DNA from: Balanoglossus misakiensis
Lineage: Eukaryota > Animalia > Hemichordata
Assembly: GCA_040954595.2 (NCBI GenBank)
Contig: CM082589.2
Coordinates: forward strand, 12,164,894 to 12,228,893
Direction of reading: 5' to 3'
DNA length: 64,000 bases
Shown: piece after piece, positions 21,596 through 36,502 of the stretch
Position numbering within the stretch: the stretch's first letter is position 1
Layout: every line of letters begins with the position of its first letter
Made by a program: the position numbers and the translations under genes
Notes under the pieces: generated by a model
Databases searched by the model: none
Seen by the model: only the letters and a program-made list of their open reading frames with translations
Told to the model about the DNA's origin: nothing

Positions 21596-24500
21596 TCAAA
21601 CAAGTGAGTATATACTTTCAAGACACCCTGCAAACAAACAAGCAATCTTTATTCCGTAGATCTTTAAGCATATTTATGCATTGTATATTTTGATGTGAAA
21701 CTTCAAATTTTATTGGTCTTGTTGCCAAACTTCTGAAGAAATGAGGATATTGTTTTGAAGGGTATTTTATCAGTAGATAACAAATACCATGGCCCTCCAT
21801 GCAAATACCCACATGGTAAATTAAAACTGTTACAGGTGTATTTGATTTAAGCAATAAAACACCCCCAGCCATGGTATACCACGAGATTTTGACCAGTTCA
21901 CGACATATACGCACGAGCGATAGCGAGTGCGTATATGGAGTTGAACTGGTCAAAATCGAGTGGTATACCATGGCTGGGGGTGTTTTATTGCTATTATATT
22001 ATGCCAGTATATTGAAACTTTGCATAAAACATTTTAAAAAGGCATTTTCTTTGACTATGATATATGACTGTGGTATATGGCTAATATATCCTGGTCACGT
22101 GTCGTGTCTCGACCAATCAAATAGCGTGATTTACACCATCAATATACTGGTATAATATAATTCCACATATGGATTACATGTGGGATAATATTGGGTGCTG
22201 GCAGTTTCAGTAAATGAACTGCTCTTAAAAGTTGGGTGTCAGGGCACCCTTGACTTCTTATTGTTCAGTTATACATTTAGGAGGCTCAGTTATAGGAGAA
22301 CCCGATAGAACCACAGCTGTAGGAATTAGGGAAATGGTCATACCCTAAAAAACTTATGTCACTACTATTTTTTTTTCATGCCATTGAAACAGAACAAACT
22401 CCATGTAGGCCAAGTCCATGCCTGAACAATGGGTGGTGTACTCAGCTGTCTTGTACAACTTATGAGTGTACTTGTCCAGGATGTTTCACCGGCACACACT
22501 GCAGCCAGTGTAAAACTCATTAAAACAAACATTTGTCATGCAGGAACTAACATTTACAATCATGTCTCAATACATTGTCTGTTGGTCATACTTTATATTT
22601 TCATCTTCAGCATCACACCTTGGTCCTTGGGAATCGGTCACCTCAAAAATGATGTACAGCTGAAAGAAAACATGTTTATTTGAAGAAAAAACTGTTGATC
22701 GTTCATGAAAATTTTCCCTACACAAGATACATATACAGAGATTTTCATAGCCCCATAAGTGCGTCCCAGAATGAGCAAGTTGTTTTTGGAAGTGAAGTTC
22801 CGTTCAGTATTTACAGTAATGGTAATGATGATGTTTTCATCAAACAGATTTTGAAAGTAAATATTGCTGAGATAACATTAGGTTGCACTTTTTATTGCAG
22901 TCCAAGATCCAGGCCAGCGAAACAGCTGTCTCAACGGGGCTGTATGTAATGCAGTGGCCAACTCCTGCACGGCATATACCTGTGCCTGTACTGGTTGCTA
23001 TGAGGGTAACCGTTGTGAAATATGTAAGTTTCTGACGTACCGTAAATGACAATCTTTTGGGCACTTTCTCTTCATGGCAATTGAATTGTGTGGTAACTTC
23101 TCATTTCTAAAATTTCCCCAAGAGAAAAGAAAGGAAAAGGAAACAGAAATTTCATTTGTATGTCCGTGCAATTTAGGATAGGCACGAACTTGTGAGGAAG
23201 TGTACGAAGTTGGATGTTTTCATCACTCAAATATACAAGAGTTGCCTCTTGAAGACTAGTGTCTGTAGAGATAATTGTGCATGTGAGGTAATCTCTCCTA
23301 AGGTGGTGCACACCTCTTAGTATTAAGTAAAAGAGACGTCCTTAATTATCCTTACTATTTGGCTTGAAAAATCAATCTTACTAGGTGTTCTGATTAGAGA
23401 GGTGTCCATAAAGACAGGTTTTACTGTATTACCCAAAATAGAGACATTGTCCCTTCATCATATACTTAATGCGTGTTCTGGGTATGGTTCCAGTATAATG
23501 CTTGTGTCAAAGGATTTTGTTGTGGTGCAGGAATCATCTTTGGTTGAGGTGTAGCCATCTGCATTTCATGTGTTTTAAACTATTTTTTTTTCTGATTGTC
23601 ATTAACCCATGTGATCAGAATCCGTGTCAAAATGGAGGCTATTGTTCCAAAACACCAAATTCTTATACTGACTACACCTGTTACTGCCAGTAGTGTTGGA
23701 CTGGGGCCATCTGTGCCGTAGGTGTGTCGAATTACTGTTTTATGACACAGCGTGGTATATAAACCCTCATTTTTGGTATTCTCAATGTGATAGATGGACC
23801 CATACACCAATAAATGGGGTGGAAGCATTACTAAGTTTCATCCTTTCAAAATTTGCTGATGTAGGGTCAAAATTGAGTGTGAGGTGCATGTTAAAAAGGA
23901 AAGCCTTCTGTATCATGTTGATGGCACATTTTTTTAATTTTTCAAGATTCTTACAGAAAAATCCTAGCAATAGCATCATTATGTTATTTTAAATGTAAAG
24001 GTTTGAAACAAGGAATGAAGACATTGCTCACATATTTAAACGAAATGAACATCACAAGTACATGTACAAGTTTTTGACAAGCAGGTAATTGATACTTTCC
24101 TTTTTGTTTTGGCAGCCATTGATCAGTTATACCCTATGCCTTGTCAAAATGGTGGCACATGCGTTGCGTGAGACGGCTGTTTCCTGTTTGACTGTATGTG
24201 TACCGAATGCTTCACTGGTGCCACATGTACAATGCGTAAGTACTAACCAATATTATTTTATTCAATGCAAAACACTTGTTATATATTATATAATATAAGT
24301 ACGGTACACATATTAAAGCCCTGGTAACTCAAACTTTGGGCTAGCTTAATGTTATCACTATTTTTGTTTTCGGTTGCAACTGTGGTTTCTTGTCACACTC
24401 TAAAGGATTTCACAGCATTTGGTTTTTCAAAACAGCCCTTTGGTTGTTGTCATGTATACATGTACATGACTGTGGAGTGTAGTTTGTAGATTCTGTAATT

Positions 24501-27500
24501 TTGACAATATCTTGACTGCACATCCCACAGCTGTCAACCAGTGTCAACCCATCCAGTGTCGGAATGGTGGAAACTGTGTGCTGACGCCCAATTGGTGTAC
24601 TGAATTCACATGCTCCTGTACAAGCTGTTACTCCGGCGATTTATGTCAGACATGTGAGTGATTTTAAATTTCAGATGAAGAGGAACATAATAACATAACA
24701 CATAATCGGCTTGCAGTTGGTTTCTTCCAACCTGTATCAAACAGTGAATAACGACACAATTTTGGGGAAATTTATTAAGAATGTGTGTGCCATAAAAGGG
24801 GATTGTGTATTTGACCAAATAACAACCTGCACCGTATGGTACACTAAGACACTATTACACCTGTGTCAAAATTTCATTACGTTTCTTTTGTTGAACATGG
24901 AAGAAATTTGTCACAGTGATGTTCTGTTGACCAACTGAGATTTTTACCACTCAACCCTGACTGCACAAATCTGTTTAAAGTATATGTAGTAAATATTAAC
25001 TGTACACAATTTATATCACTTTCTCTTCTGTGCACAGATTTGAATCCGTGTCAGCCCAACCCTTGTCTAAACAGTGGATTCTGCCAGCAAGTGTCCTGCA
25101 CCGAGTTCAGATGCCAGAGTCCACGCTGTTTCATCGGAACCACGTGCGCTGAACGTAAGCAAACCAGTGTCAGATTTCCCGCACAAAGTAGAAATCGCTG
25201 GGCTTTGTCATTGATATTGTCTCAATAAAGTTGCCTGTGATTGTGCAGCTAACCAAGAGACTTATATGCACTACGGTAGCCATGATGAATACTTTCATTG
25301 ACTCAAATGCTCATCAGTGTAGATGTTGCTATTTTTCCAACCGTAAATTGAAACATCAGAAAGTTATGACATCAACTACCCCCACCCCCACCCCACCCAC
25401 CCCCAACTAGTAAATATTATAAGATTCAGTAATTATGATAAAGATGGTAGCACCAAGCTTGGATCAAGTGGTCTTCATTATCCTTCACACATGAACATGA
25501 TCACACGGATGTGCAATCTTCTGACAGTCTGCTACAGATTTCACTTCCCACTCAAGTGTGTAAGACCCTAATGTGATACTTTTCATTTCTCTCACCCTTA
25601 GCGATCAACCAGTGTCTTCTAAACCCATGTCTGAATAACGGAGTGTATCAGCCACTTCAAGGCTCCTGCTCAATCTACACCTGCAACTGTCCAACCTGCT
25701 ACACTGGGCAAACATGTGTTACATGTAAGTCACAAGTTTTTAGGTCCCATTGGTATGTACCATGGGAACTTATGGGATTGGTTACGTCTGTATGTATGGA
25801 TGGATGGATGGATGTATGTCTGTATGTCCGTCCACATGAAAAACTTGAAAACCGCAGCGCGTTTGACCTCGATATTTGGCGTGTAGATGCAGGCAGGGCT
25901 GTAGATGGGAGTTTGTTCAAATGAAGATGTCATTGCCAAAAATATGCAAATTAGCTGGGAAAATGTGAAATTGGTCAAAACTCAAAAACTGGACAACCAC
26001 TGGTCATATTGATTTGAAAAATGGTATGCATGTACCTTATATCAACCTCATACAACCCTGTATGTTTTGAGCTAATATTATCGATTTCCTATTTTTTTTG
26101 CATTTTTTTGTATTTTTCCATGTTATTGGTAAAAGTCTTTGAAATTTAGTATGAAGCCTCCTAATGTTGTCTAAGTAACCATAGTTTTGTTCAAATTGTT
26201 GCAAAATTTGCATATCTATAATTTTGAGCATTATTTGCCATTTTTGGTCAAAAAATGTTTTTCTTTAAAACCTCATGCCAGATTGCTTTGCAATTTGGTA
26301 GGCATGTTCGTAGGGGTAACCTAAATAATATGTTGTAAAAAATGTGATATTTGCATAAATGTGTTATCGGGGAAACTTTTGCAATTTTTGTCAAAAATTG
26401 TTTTCACTGAAACCGCTTGTCCTATTGCATTGAACTTAGGCAGCATGTTCCTTGTAGTGATTGAAGTAAGATATTGTACAATTTTGGTGATATTTTCATA
26501 TTTGTGTTTTTGCCACTTTTGAACAAATATTTTCTGTGAAACTGCTTGTTGGATTGCTTTGAAATTAGTTTTTTCTCTGATTGCTTTGAAATTTAGGATA
26601 TAATTTCATAACACATACCTGTATATGTGCAACTTTTATTCAATTCTGAGATCAGAAAGATTAAATATTTAGCGAGTTTTTTTGGTAAGTTTCTTTGTTT
26701 TTGGTTAGCAAATCTTCTCCTAAACAAATTGTCCAGTTGTTTTTAAAGTTACTATTTACAAGGAGTTGTTACCTCGAACAAAGACATGTTTACATAACTT
26801 AAATAGGCCAGCTGTTACAGAGACCACCAGCTATCACATTTTAATTACCAGTGGCAGGTCAGTGTGTGTCTGTTCCAGGGCTGACTGAAAGAAGTTGCTT
26901 CGCATATGTGTTTGTGTACAGACAATTTTTGGTCAATTTCTTTTTCTAGCACCACTTGTAAGACTGCCATGACACATGACAGTTTATTGGGCATGTTCCT
27001 TGTTAATGTTTTTACATTGCATATTTCTATATGGTCAGATCATAAGTGCTTGCAAATGTCACCTGTAATTTTTATTCTGCTGTGTCACTGTTTCCGCATA
27101 ATCCTCAAATGTCATCAGATCTCCGAATGTGATGAAAACAGTGTGTTTTGAGTGGGTTTTTTTAATGACCTTTTGGGTTAAAAGTGGCAAAAATGGCAAT
27201 TTTGTCTTCAAAGGGGTCAATAAGACTGACTTTTTTGGAATCAGCACCATTTTTTACATTGAATGGACTAGTCTGCTCAAACTTTCCTTACCAAAAATTC
27301 TGTTTAATCTTCTGTAACATGTATACTAGTGTACATGTAGCTGCCTGATAGTTTGCCCTGTGTGTGTAATTGCTGAGTGACATAACGCATTCTGTGATTG
27401 ATGCAGTCACGTAACCACCAATCGAACGATTGTTATAAGGAGAACTGCACGACCTTTAACCGCATTAGCATACCTGATTTTTAGGGCTCGATATTACCTC

Positions 27501-28284
27501 TGAGGACGCAATATTTAAGTTGAAGTTTTTTTATTTTGTCATATTAGAGCAAGAAGACTTGTCTTTTATGTAAAAGAAATAGACCCTAATATACAGAGTG
27601 CATTTTGAAACGATAGGCAGTTCCGGCCCATAGCCTAATTCTTCATTTTTCTGTCATGCGTAGGAATTGATTAGTGCTAACAACCCATGTCAAAATGGCA
27701 GCACTTGCCAACCCTAACCTCGTGTGTGGCATTGACGTGCACCTGCCAAGGATGCTTTACTTGGAGCGCTGTGAAAATTGTCAGTCAGTTTCTTTTGTCA
27801 AATTAATCAATATGTGTGGGACTGCTATACATGTATATAAAACAGAATACTGCGATGGAAAATTCTATAACTTAATGTTTCAGTGGATATATGACTTAAA
27901 GTTAGCAGTATGCAGTGAATTCAACAGAAAGTGTAATTTCCTCTTGTGTGAGCTCTGTGCGACTGTGCCAATGAAAATCTCACCACAAACAAAAATGACA
28001 GGTATACACTGTATATTAGCAGCTTTGTCTCTGTAATAGCCATAGTGTTTTGAAGTTGAAAACTTGCAAAGTGTGCAGTTTTATTCACACTACAAAGGAA
28101 ACATTGTTGAAACGGATTATCTGTGTACATTGTCAAACTGTACACTTGTCGCGAGATTTATTCTCAATTATATTACTAGTATATCATGCTACCGTCTGCA
28201 ACTCTGATTGGACGAGAGCTAAATCCAGCGATGCTAAAATACTCAATAATGCACTGCTGGCAGTGGTAAAACGGGCTTTCTGTT

Positions 28285-28603
28285 TGCCACATGGGTTTGT
28301 TCTTTAGGTTGTTGTATGTGTTTACACCCATCATGTTTATTGTAGAACCAGGGTCGATCAGTGAGGCAACTGCTGTTTGTTCTATCTGCACTGTTACTCG
28401 AGGCCTCCTGCCATTTGATTGTTGTACAGTGAAGCAGTATTCATCTCCCGAGCTGTCTTCCACTTTATGCACAGCTTTGACAGTTTTATCCTTGTCTACC
28501 CTATTTGCCTTGCCTTTTGAATGGTAGCATTTGGCTAAATGGTTAGGTTTGCCACACTTCCTGCATGACTTGCCTTTAGCTGGACATACTGAGTCATGTG
28601 GTA
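28285..28603 (-). mobile_element. Gypsy gag/protease fragment, copy 2
   Basis: ORF 28176-28607 is identical to that of copy 1. Confidence 0.83.
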
Positions 28604-31600
28604 CCATTATTAAAATAGGGGCCAGTCATCAAAACGTAAGTGAGCCAAAAAACTACAGGTCAGATAAATTGTTTTCTCGTAAATTCAACATTAGAATCAA
28701 ATTTGGCGTTGGAAACAAACGGCGGGTCGCCAGTTCCTGGTCTGGAGGCTGGTAGAGTCACGTCTTGAAGACTGGCCCCTATTTTAATAATGGCATTGTC
28801 ATGACCGGCCAACCTTTGACCTCGGAGACCACAATGTAGAGCTATCGATCAGCTTTTCGCGTTTCAATCAAACATTGCAATCACGGGCTAAAATCACTAA
28901 CTAGTTGATACCTTTTTCGGTGTTTCATCTAACCTTTGAAAGGAGTATAATAAAAATGAAATGACCGCACGTAATGTGCATTTCTTGTTCACGTGTGGGG
29001 ACTATATGTGTGCGTAATGATCCAAATGCAAGGGGTCGTGTGAACAGGCCTTAAATAATGAGTTTGCGTTAAATAATGAGTTTGCGTTAAATAATAAGTT
29101 GACAAACGGCGCGAGTGCATTTTTTCATGGTTTAGAAATCACTTATTTATATATAATTCATTATATAATGTAAATCACTCATGATATATATATAATAGAC
29201 TTGCACTTAAATTATTTATAAATCACTCATGATATATATATAATACACTTAAATTTTTTTTATTTATAAATAATTAATTATATATAAATAATTATGTACA
29301 TCACTCATGATATATATATAATAGACTGACACTGACATTGTTTATAAATAATTTATTATATATAAATAAAAGAGCATAAAATACATTTTATGTATATAAT
29401 TGAATCGACTTGAAATTATTTATAAATAAATTGTCAGGACTTAAATGGTTTGCAAATCTATAATTACATACATATAAGTATGTTAAATAACGACTTTTGA
29501 ACAAATAATTTAGCTAAATAATAAGTTAACACATGGCACCCCATACAAACATTACGTCCAGTCCAAATATTCTGCCAATTTTACATCCAATGCATTCAAA
29601 TAGTGGACTGCTTCGCTTTCATCCAGTTTTCATGTGCATCGTATAAGTAGACTTTTGTTTTGTCCCGTCTTTTCACCGAATTTGCTCTTTTCCAAATCTC
29701 CGACACAGACTATGATCGTCACATTCTTGTCTGTTGTTAGAACAGCACACTGCCATATGGCATTGACTGTATACAGTTTCTGTTACCAATATCTCTGGTT
29801 TGGCATTTTCCTGTCCTCAATCTTTTGCCAGGGATTTTTGTGTCCCCAACCCGCGTGAGAATCCCACGTCTTTGAAGGTATGACTGTGACTATAAGATTC
29901 TATAAATCTCTGTTTATTTTCAGCACAAACATCATGTGCTGATTGCCCAGCTGGTAACCAATGTCCAAATGGTAACACTGTGATTTTATGCTCGGCTGGT
30001 TATTACAGTTCGGCCTTGGACAAAGGATGTCTCGCTGTACCTCTTGCATAACAGGTAAACTTCTACCCACCAACCTTTATTTCCAACATCAAACATTAGG
30101 TCAGGTAATTTACTAACTGAAAAATAGGATGGGAACATTTTCCATTTCTGTATTTAAAATTTACTGATATAATATATGAATGAAAAAATGACAATTTTTC
30201 CAAATTTGAATAGACCTCTATTTATGAAAATAATTAAAATTTGCGCCAATTTTTTACAGTGGTATTCAAAGGTTAACTTGGTGTGTATATTCTTTGTTTG
30301 ATTTACAGATCAGCCGGTGCTGAACAGTGTACTATTTGTGAGCAAGGGTACGCCTGCACAGATCCCAGTGCATCGCAATTCAAGTGTACCAAGGGTTACG
30401 TGTCATTGGCTGGTGCAACAAACTGTACCAGATGTACAAATGGTAAGATTGTGGTACTTGTTCAGTTTGCTGTGTGATGAAACTGAGTGGTATGTGTGTA
30501 TGCATGTATGTGTTTACAACAGATTTTCAAGTCATTGCGACTGGGGTTATGTATGTGTGTGTATGTATGTATGTATGTGTTTACAACAGATTATCAACTC
30601 AGTGCGAAATCTTGCGAGACCCGGTTAGCCATGTGAGATCTCGCAGAGTCTTATGATATTCAGAAAATGGTTGATTAGAAATGACGTTTAATGTCCTCCA
30701 AAGAATTTTCTACATGCCCGTATACTTGTCTCAGAATTATGAAGTGAATCATCTCAAGTAATTTGTTATTTTAAATGACACTGTATCACAAATACTTCAC
30801 TAAAAACCTCATTTTCTTTAATCAGATGAAATAAGTGAGGAGCCTGCACGCACATCCCGTCTTCTGTGCCCTGCTGGACAATCGTGTTCAGATCCAATGT
30901 AAGATCCGCTTGACTGTGGCAATGGTGAATATGCTATGGAAGGCGACGGCACATGCACGCCTTGTCCAGCAGGATCCAAGTGTCCAACCATGTCACCCGT
31001 AGTTGATTGTTCAACAGTTACTGGTAAGTTGGGCTGCAAATTACTCTTATGACTTCCCTGTGTTATAGCATGACATACACAGAAAATTAAACTGTTATGC
31101 TCATTGGAGTTGATATTGTGATGCACTTTGAAAAACACAATGATTCCACTGAAGAGGTATTGTACAGTAACACCTGTGATTACGGACATCTCTCTAATAA
31201 GGGATCGTTGGACCAAACCAATCGTTCTTTGAATTTTTTCTGTGATAGGTTCATACTCGCTAGGTTCGGCCAAGTCCTTCTGGTTATGAATGCACAACTA
31301 CAAATGTCACACAGTGCGCTACAGGGAAGTAAAGTGTTGAAGGAGGTAAGTCTTGAAATCTCTTTTCTTCTGGTCTCGATTTGAACATGGTTCCACAAGT
31401 TGTTTACATCACTTGTAGTTTTACATATTTTTTTAGTTCAACAGCTATGCTATACATGGTGTCCTGAGAAGTCGACCAGTATGAGAAGTCGGTATCGGCC
31501 AGTACGAGAAGTCGGCCTGTGGGAGAGAACCCTGGTACTTTGTGTTATATATAACTGTTTCACTACGAAATGTTTCCTTGATGTACAGGAGCTGAGATAT

Positions 31601-33900
31601 TTGTACAAATAGCCGATGAATTTTAAAACTGTCTGTTCACTTTTCATGTACGTCACCGGGGTACGTCAACATCAGTCACCTGCACTTCTTGAGCTGCGCC
31701 AGTAGTCTGTTCCTTGTCACGTTTGTTTGTTTGTTTGTTTGGTGTTGTCTCAGAAAGTATGAATATACACATACATCTTCTATGTATTTTAGTAGGCTTT
31801 GAAACAACTCCCTTTAATCAGAAATGTCACAGGAATTTGGCGAACAACCTAAGCTCCTTACGCGGATACGGGGATGGGGAACTGGTACGGATGCCAGACG
31901 CCATTATTTGAAATGACGCCATTGTGTTGTCAAGAATTTGGGAAATCCGTCCAAATGAAAATATTTAGTGCAATTATATTTTATTAAGTGTTGTTATAAG
32001 TAATCTGGGTCATCACTGCACTATTCGGGTACAAGTTCAACAACTGGCCGACTTCTCATACGCGCGTAGTGGCTGACTTCTAATCTGGCCGACTTCTCAT
32101 GTATTCCTATACATTAGTGAAAATTGGGGAAACTGGTGTTTTCAGACAACTTATGAAGTCCCTTTCGCAATATTAACTCTAAAACAGCGGGTGATATTCC
32201 TTTTAAAATTTAACCAAATAAGCATACTTGAACTCTGTCATATCGGCAAAACACTCACTACACAAGCTGCTGTTATTCTACAGACATGACATGTGCTGAT
32301 TGCGGCGTAGGTAACTACTGTCCAGATGGGTCAGACAGCCCCATTCCTTGTCCATCAAGTTATTATGCTGACACAGCCACAGAAGTATCCTGTACCCCTT
32401 GCGATCCAGGCTGTCAGTGTGCAGCAACATCACCCACTTGCCTGCACATCAAGAACCTACTCTCTGGGACCATCAACAACATGTACTCCCCTTCTACCAG
32501 GTTTGTAGTCGTCTTAGTCGTAAAAACATATTTAAGGTGTTGGGCACCTCGAAATAAAGGGTCGTCTGATCATGTTAAAATTAATACTGATGATACTATG
32601 ACTTCTAAACATTTAATCTATGGAATAAAAATTGGGGGTCAACCATCTAGAGTTTTGAAAAAGCGCCCTTTATCTAGCACCTCTTTCAGATTTTGCCAGG
32701 CTCGTAGATTTTTGTAAAATGGCCTCAAAAATAAGAATTTTGGAAGGTTTGTCATATTTTTTCACCATTGTAGAATCTAAATGTTCTGAATTATTTTATT
32801 TTTAGCAATTTTGAGATTGCTTCATGTTCAGTATGATAATCGCATGTCAATACAACTGTTACATTAAAGGAAAAGTTCAAATCCGCCTAAAACCACATTG
32901 CATTGGTACCTAGTTAAGTTGTCCTCACTTCTGACGCAAAATTTTGATGTGCAATGCACGTGTCTGTGAAATTGACGAATAAAAAAATTGTATACCAGTG
33001 CAAAATTAAAAACTCCCTGTGCAGCCTTCTTGGCAACTGCATGCTGGGAAAAGTACTCGGATGATGACGAAAAAGTTTCGGGGTTCCGGGTAGTGCTACC
33101 CCGGAATACAATGTTGGGTGCAGACTCCAACTATGGAAAAGAGATGCAGAATGTCATGTGATATAGTAGTGAAAACAAATACACGTTGGTTCACGTATTT
33201 CAGCTCTCAGCAATCAGGGTGCATTAAAAGGCCTTGATTGGTGTGATATTCACAATTGATGATTATAAATACTTACAGTTGTATACTGTTTTATTTTGTA
33301 AATATTGTGTACATTTGCAGCAATGAATCCGTGCGAACACAAACCTTAACCCATGCCGGAATGCTGGTACTTGCCAAGCAATCCAGGGATCTTGTACAGG
33401 CGTCACATGTCTATGTGCTGGCTGCTACCTGGGCTTCACATGTGAAACACGTGAGTACAGTACTTTGTCATTTATTAAAAAATCTAAGTGCTGAGGTACA
33501 TTGTAGTAATAATAGCAGGTGTAGTCATTATCATCATCATCATCATCATCTTTAAGTCAGTCATATGATCGGTAATAAAAACAGTAAAATCACCAGTATA
33601 AAAACATAACAGAGAAATAATGAACGTGTACTGGTGTTACCATAGGTAACTGTTGTATAAAATTTTGAATTCCTGTCTTCCAGTTCCTAATCCATGCTTC
33701 ACTAGTCCTTGTCTCAATGGAGGTACCTGCCAACAACAGGCAAATTCTTGTACTGCCACCATTGGCATGTGCACAGAGTGTTACTAGGGAAACAGGTGTG
33801 AGACAAGTAAGTTTGAATCTATAGCAGTTAATAATGATAATTATCATTTTTTTTTATTATGATTTATACTTCACTGATGTTGTACAAACACAAAAATAGA

Positions 33901-34368
33901 AATAATAATAATAATAATAATAATTTATTTGTATAGCGTCAGTATCCACAAAAAATGTGATCAATGACGCTTAAAGCAAAAGTACAATACAACACAACAA
34001 ATGGCTAAAAAACAGATTTAAAAAGTAAAGTTTTAACATTTGATTTAAAAACAGATAAGTCTGGTGCCTGGCGAATGGTGAGTGGAAGATTATTCCAAAG
34101 AATTGGAGCAGCAACAGTAAAAGCACGATCACCATAACTCTTGGTGCGTGATCGAACAGGGCAGAGTTTGAACTGATCAGCTGACCTCAAATTGCGACAC
34201 GGAACATATAGATTAGTCATGCTAGAAAGATAGATTGGACCAAGTTTATGAATGGATTTAAAAATGAGAACTAACATCTTAAAAACAATACGCTCTGTAA
34301 CAGGTAGCCAGTGCAACTGATACAAAATTGGAGTGATGTGACAGGTGATTTTTGAACGAGTAACAATT
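33901..34368 (-). mobile_element. L2-type LINE 3' fragment, copy 3
   Basis: Same as 4096-4563. Confidence 0.88.
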
Positions 34369-35382
34369 AGAAAGGGACAGCAGCTTAGCTCTATTCCTTT
34401 TCCAAAGTGTTTGTTCTTTTAAACTACCTGTTTTTTATTTATTCTGATTATGCTAATATGCTAATTTGTCGGTTTGTCACATCACAATTTTTGTAGGAAA
34501 CTCACCCCTGGGAATTTTTTTCAGCCACTGACATACATTCATAATCACATGACATTGATGATCATGGAAAATTTGACCCTTTTCCTTGTAGGACTCAACC
34601 AGTGTCCACCAAATCCGTGCCAGAATGGTGGCTTCTGTCAACCGGCTCGAAATTCCTGCTTTGATCTCACCTGCATATGTACTGGTTGCTACAAAGGTGA
34701 TAGGTGTGAGATATGTAAGTATACAGCGCAGTCTCTTTTACCTTTTGTCTCTGATGCATTCAAATACTGCATGTTTCCTGAGCATAGGTGTAGCCATCAC
34801 CACAGCAGAGCTTGGAGCGTTCTTGACATCGAATGCAAGATTACACTCTTCCCAATCAAAATCACTTTCGTAGCGCATAATGTCTTGATTGTCTTAGTTC
34901 AAGAAACATTATGCGCGACTGGCCAATTTTACAGCCTTTTGTCAACGCACATCCACTATGGAAATTCTCACTCCAGGCCAGATAGTGTAAATTTACATAT
35001 GAGTCTACAGGTATGCTTGAAGTCAAGTCAAGCATTTGCAAGGAACCCTCCTCCAGTACACAGGTCTTTGATTTCATGAAGGGAAGCCCTTGCCTCACAG
35101 TCACTGCCACATGATCTATGGAGGTGTGAACAACTTGATACCAGCCTAATATAAGTTGTAGGCACAATCACTCCACACACCCTTGCCATAATTCTGCAAG
35201 GTTTTTGCCATATCTGTACTGTAGAATGAGTAGCAAGGAATAAAATGGCGTCCTTTCTTAATTTCCAGTGCAAAACCCCTGTGATCCCAACCCATGTATG
35301 AATGGTGGATTTTGCCAGCAAACATCGTGCAATTTCTATTCATGCCAGTGTGTGAACTCTTACACAGGTGACATCTGTCAAA

Positions 35383-36502
35383 CCATAGACCCTAGAGAAA
35401 GAAGGACGAGCAACTGCGGCAAAGATCAAAGGGTTTGGGGATTATCTGTATGATGATGTTCTTTTGCATATAATTAACACCCAGGACAGTTGGACAATGA
35501 CTTCCTTACTTCGGCACGTGTCGACCCCACCAGTGATGCGAAAACTTGCCACCAAACTGACACTCCTGCATTTCAGCAGCCACTGCGTTTTTTTCTAAAA
35601 TTCTAAAAGTATTACGATGTCTGTGCTAATTATTATGGTCGTCTGTCGGATGAACGGTCATTTCTAGTGCCACAAGCTTCATTTAAAAATTGTAAACAAA
35701 TCATCCATGCCAAATTCCTGTTTAACTTGTGCAGATGTGTTCCATAAATGATTGCTGCGTTCAACCACGTTGCAGTTTTCTCGTCTTCTGCGAGATGTTC
35801 TAAGGTGTTTGTGATAACTTCACGCAAAACGCGAGACTTTGCGTTAGTTTATACACAGTTTATTTGTAAATTGGATTATTGGGATTTACCTGGAAATAAT
35901 GTATGCAAAAGAACATCATTTCAAGAAAAAACTGGAGTTGCGCGTCCTTCTTGCATGTCCGACTGGGCACTCATATTTCTTGGTAACGCTGACACTTTTC
36001 GTAATAATTTTATGTTTGCGTGAAGCATTGAAACAAAAATTGTGGTTTAGGGGCATTTTATTTCGCAGTGCGTGAACAATAAAACAGATTTCACGAAAAC
36101 AATTTATAAACAAACTGGCTGGATTTTCATGTGTGCGCTATTGCCGCCAGGCAACCCTCGGTACGGTTAGCTCACAGCCTTGTGAAATACCCGGACTGTT
36201 AGACAAAAGATGCTTGTTTTGGACGCTGTCAGACTCAGAGGTGCCAAATTCCTGTTTAACTTGTGCAGATGTGTTCCATAAATGATTGCTGCGTTCAACC
36301 ACGTTGCAGTTTTCTCGTCTTCTGCGAGATGTTCTAAGGTGTTTGTGATAACTTCACGCAAAACGCGAGACTTTGCGTTAGTTTATACACAGTTTATTTG
36401 CAAATTGGATTATTGGGATTTACCTGGAAATAATGTATGCAAAAGAACATCATTTCAAGAAAAAACTGGAGTTGCGCGTCCTTCTTTCTCTAGGGTCCAT
36501 GG
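35383..36502. mobile_element. 1120-bp TIR element, copy 3
   Basis: Same TIR/TSD as 5578-6697. Confidence 0.9.

Larger units (their letters stand above)
15024..27779 (+). pseudogene. Cys-rich + 12xEGF pseudogene fragment, copy 2
   Basis: Near-identical to copy 1 (offset 14897-14905), same lesions. Confidence 0.87.
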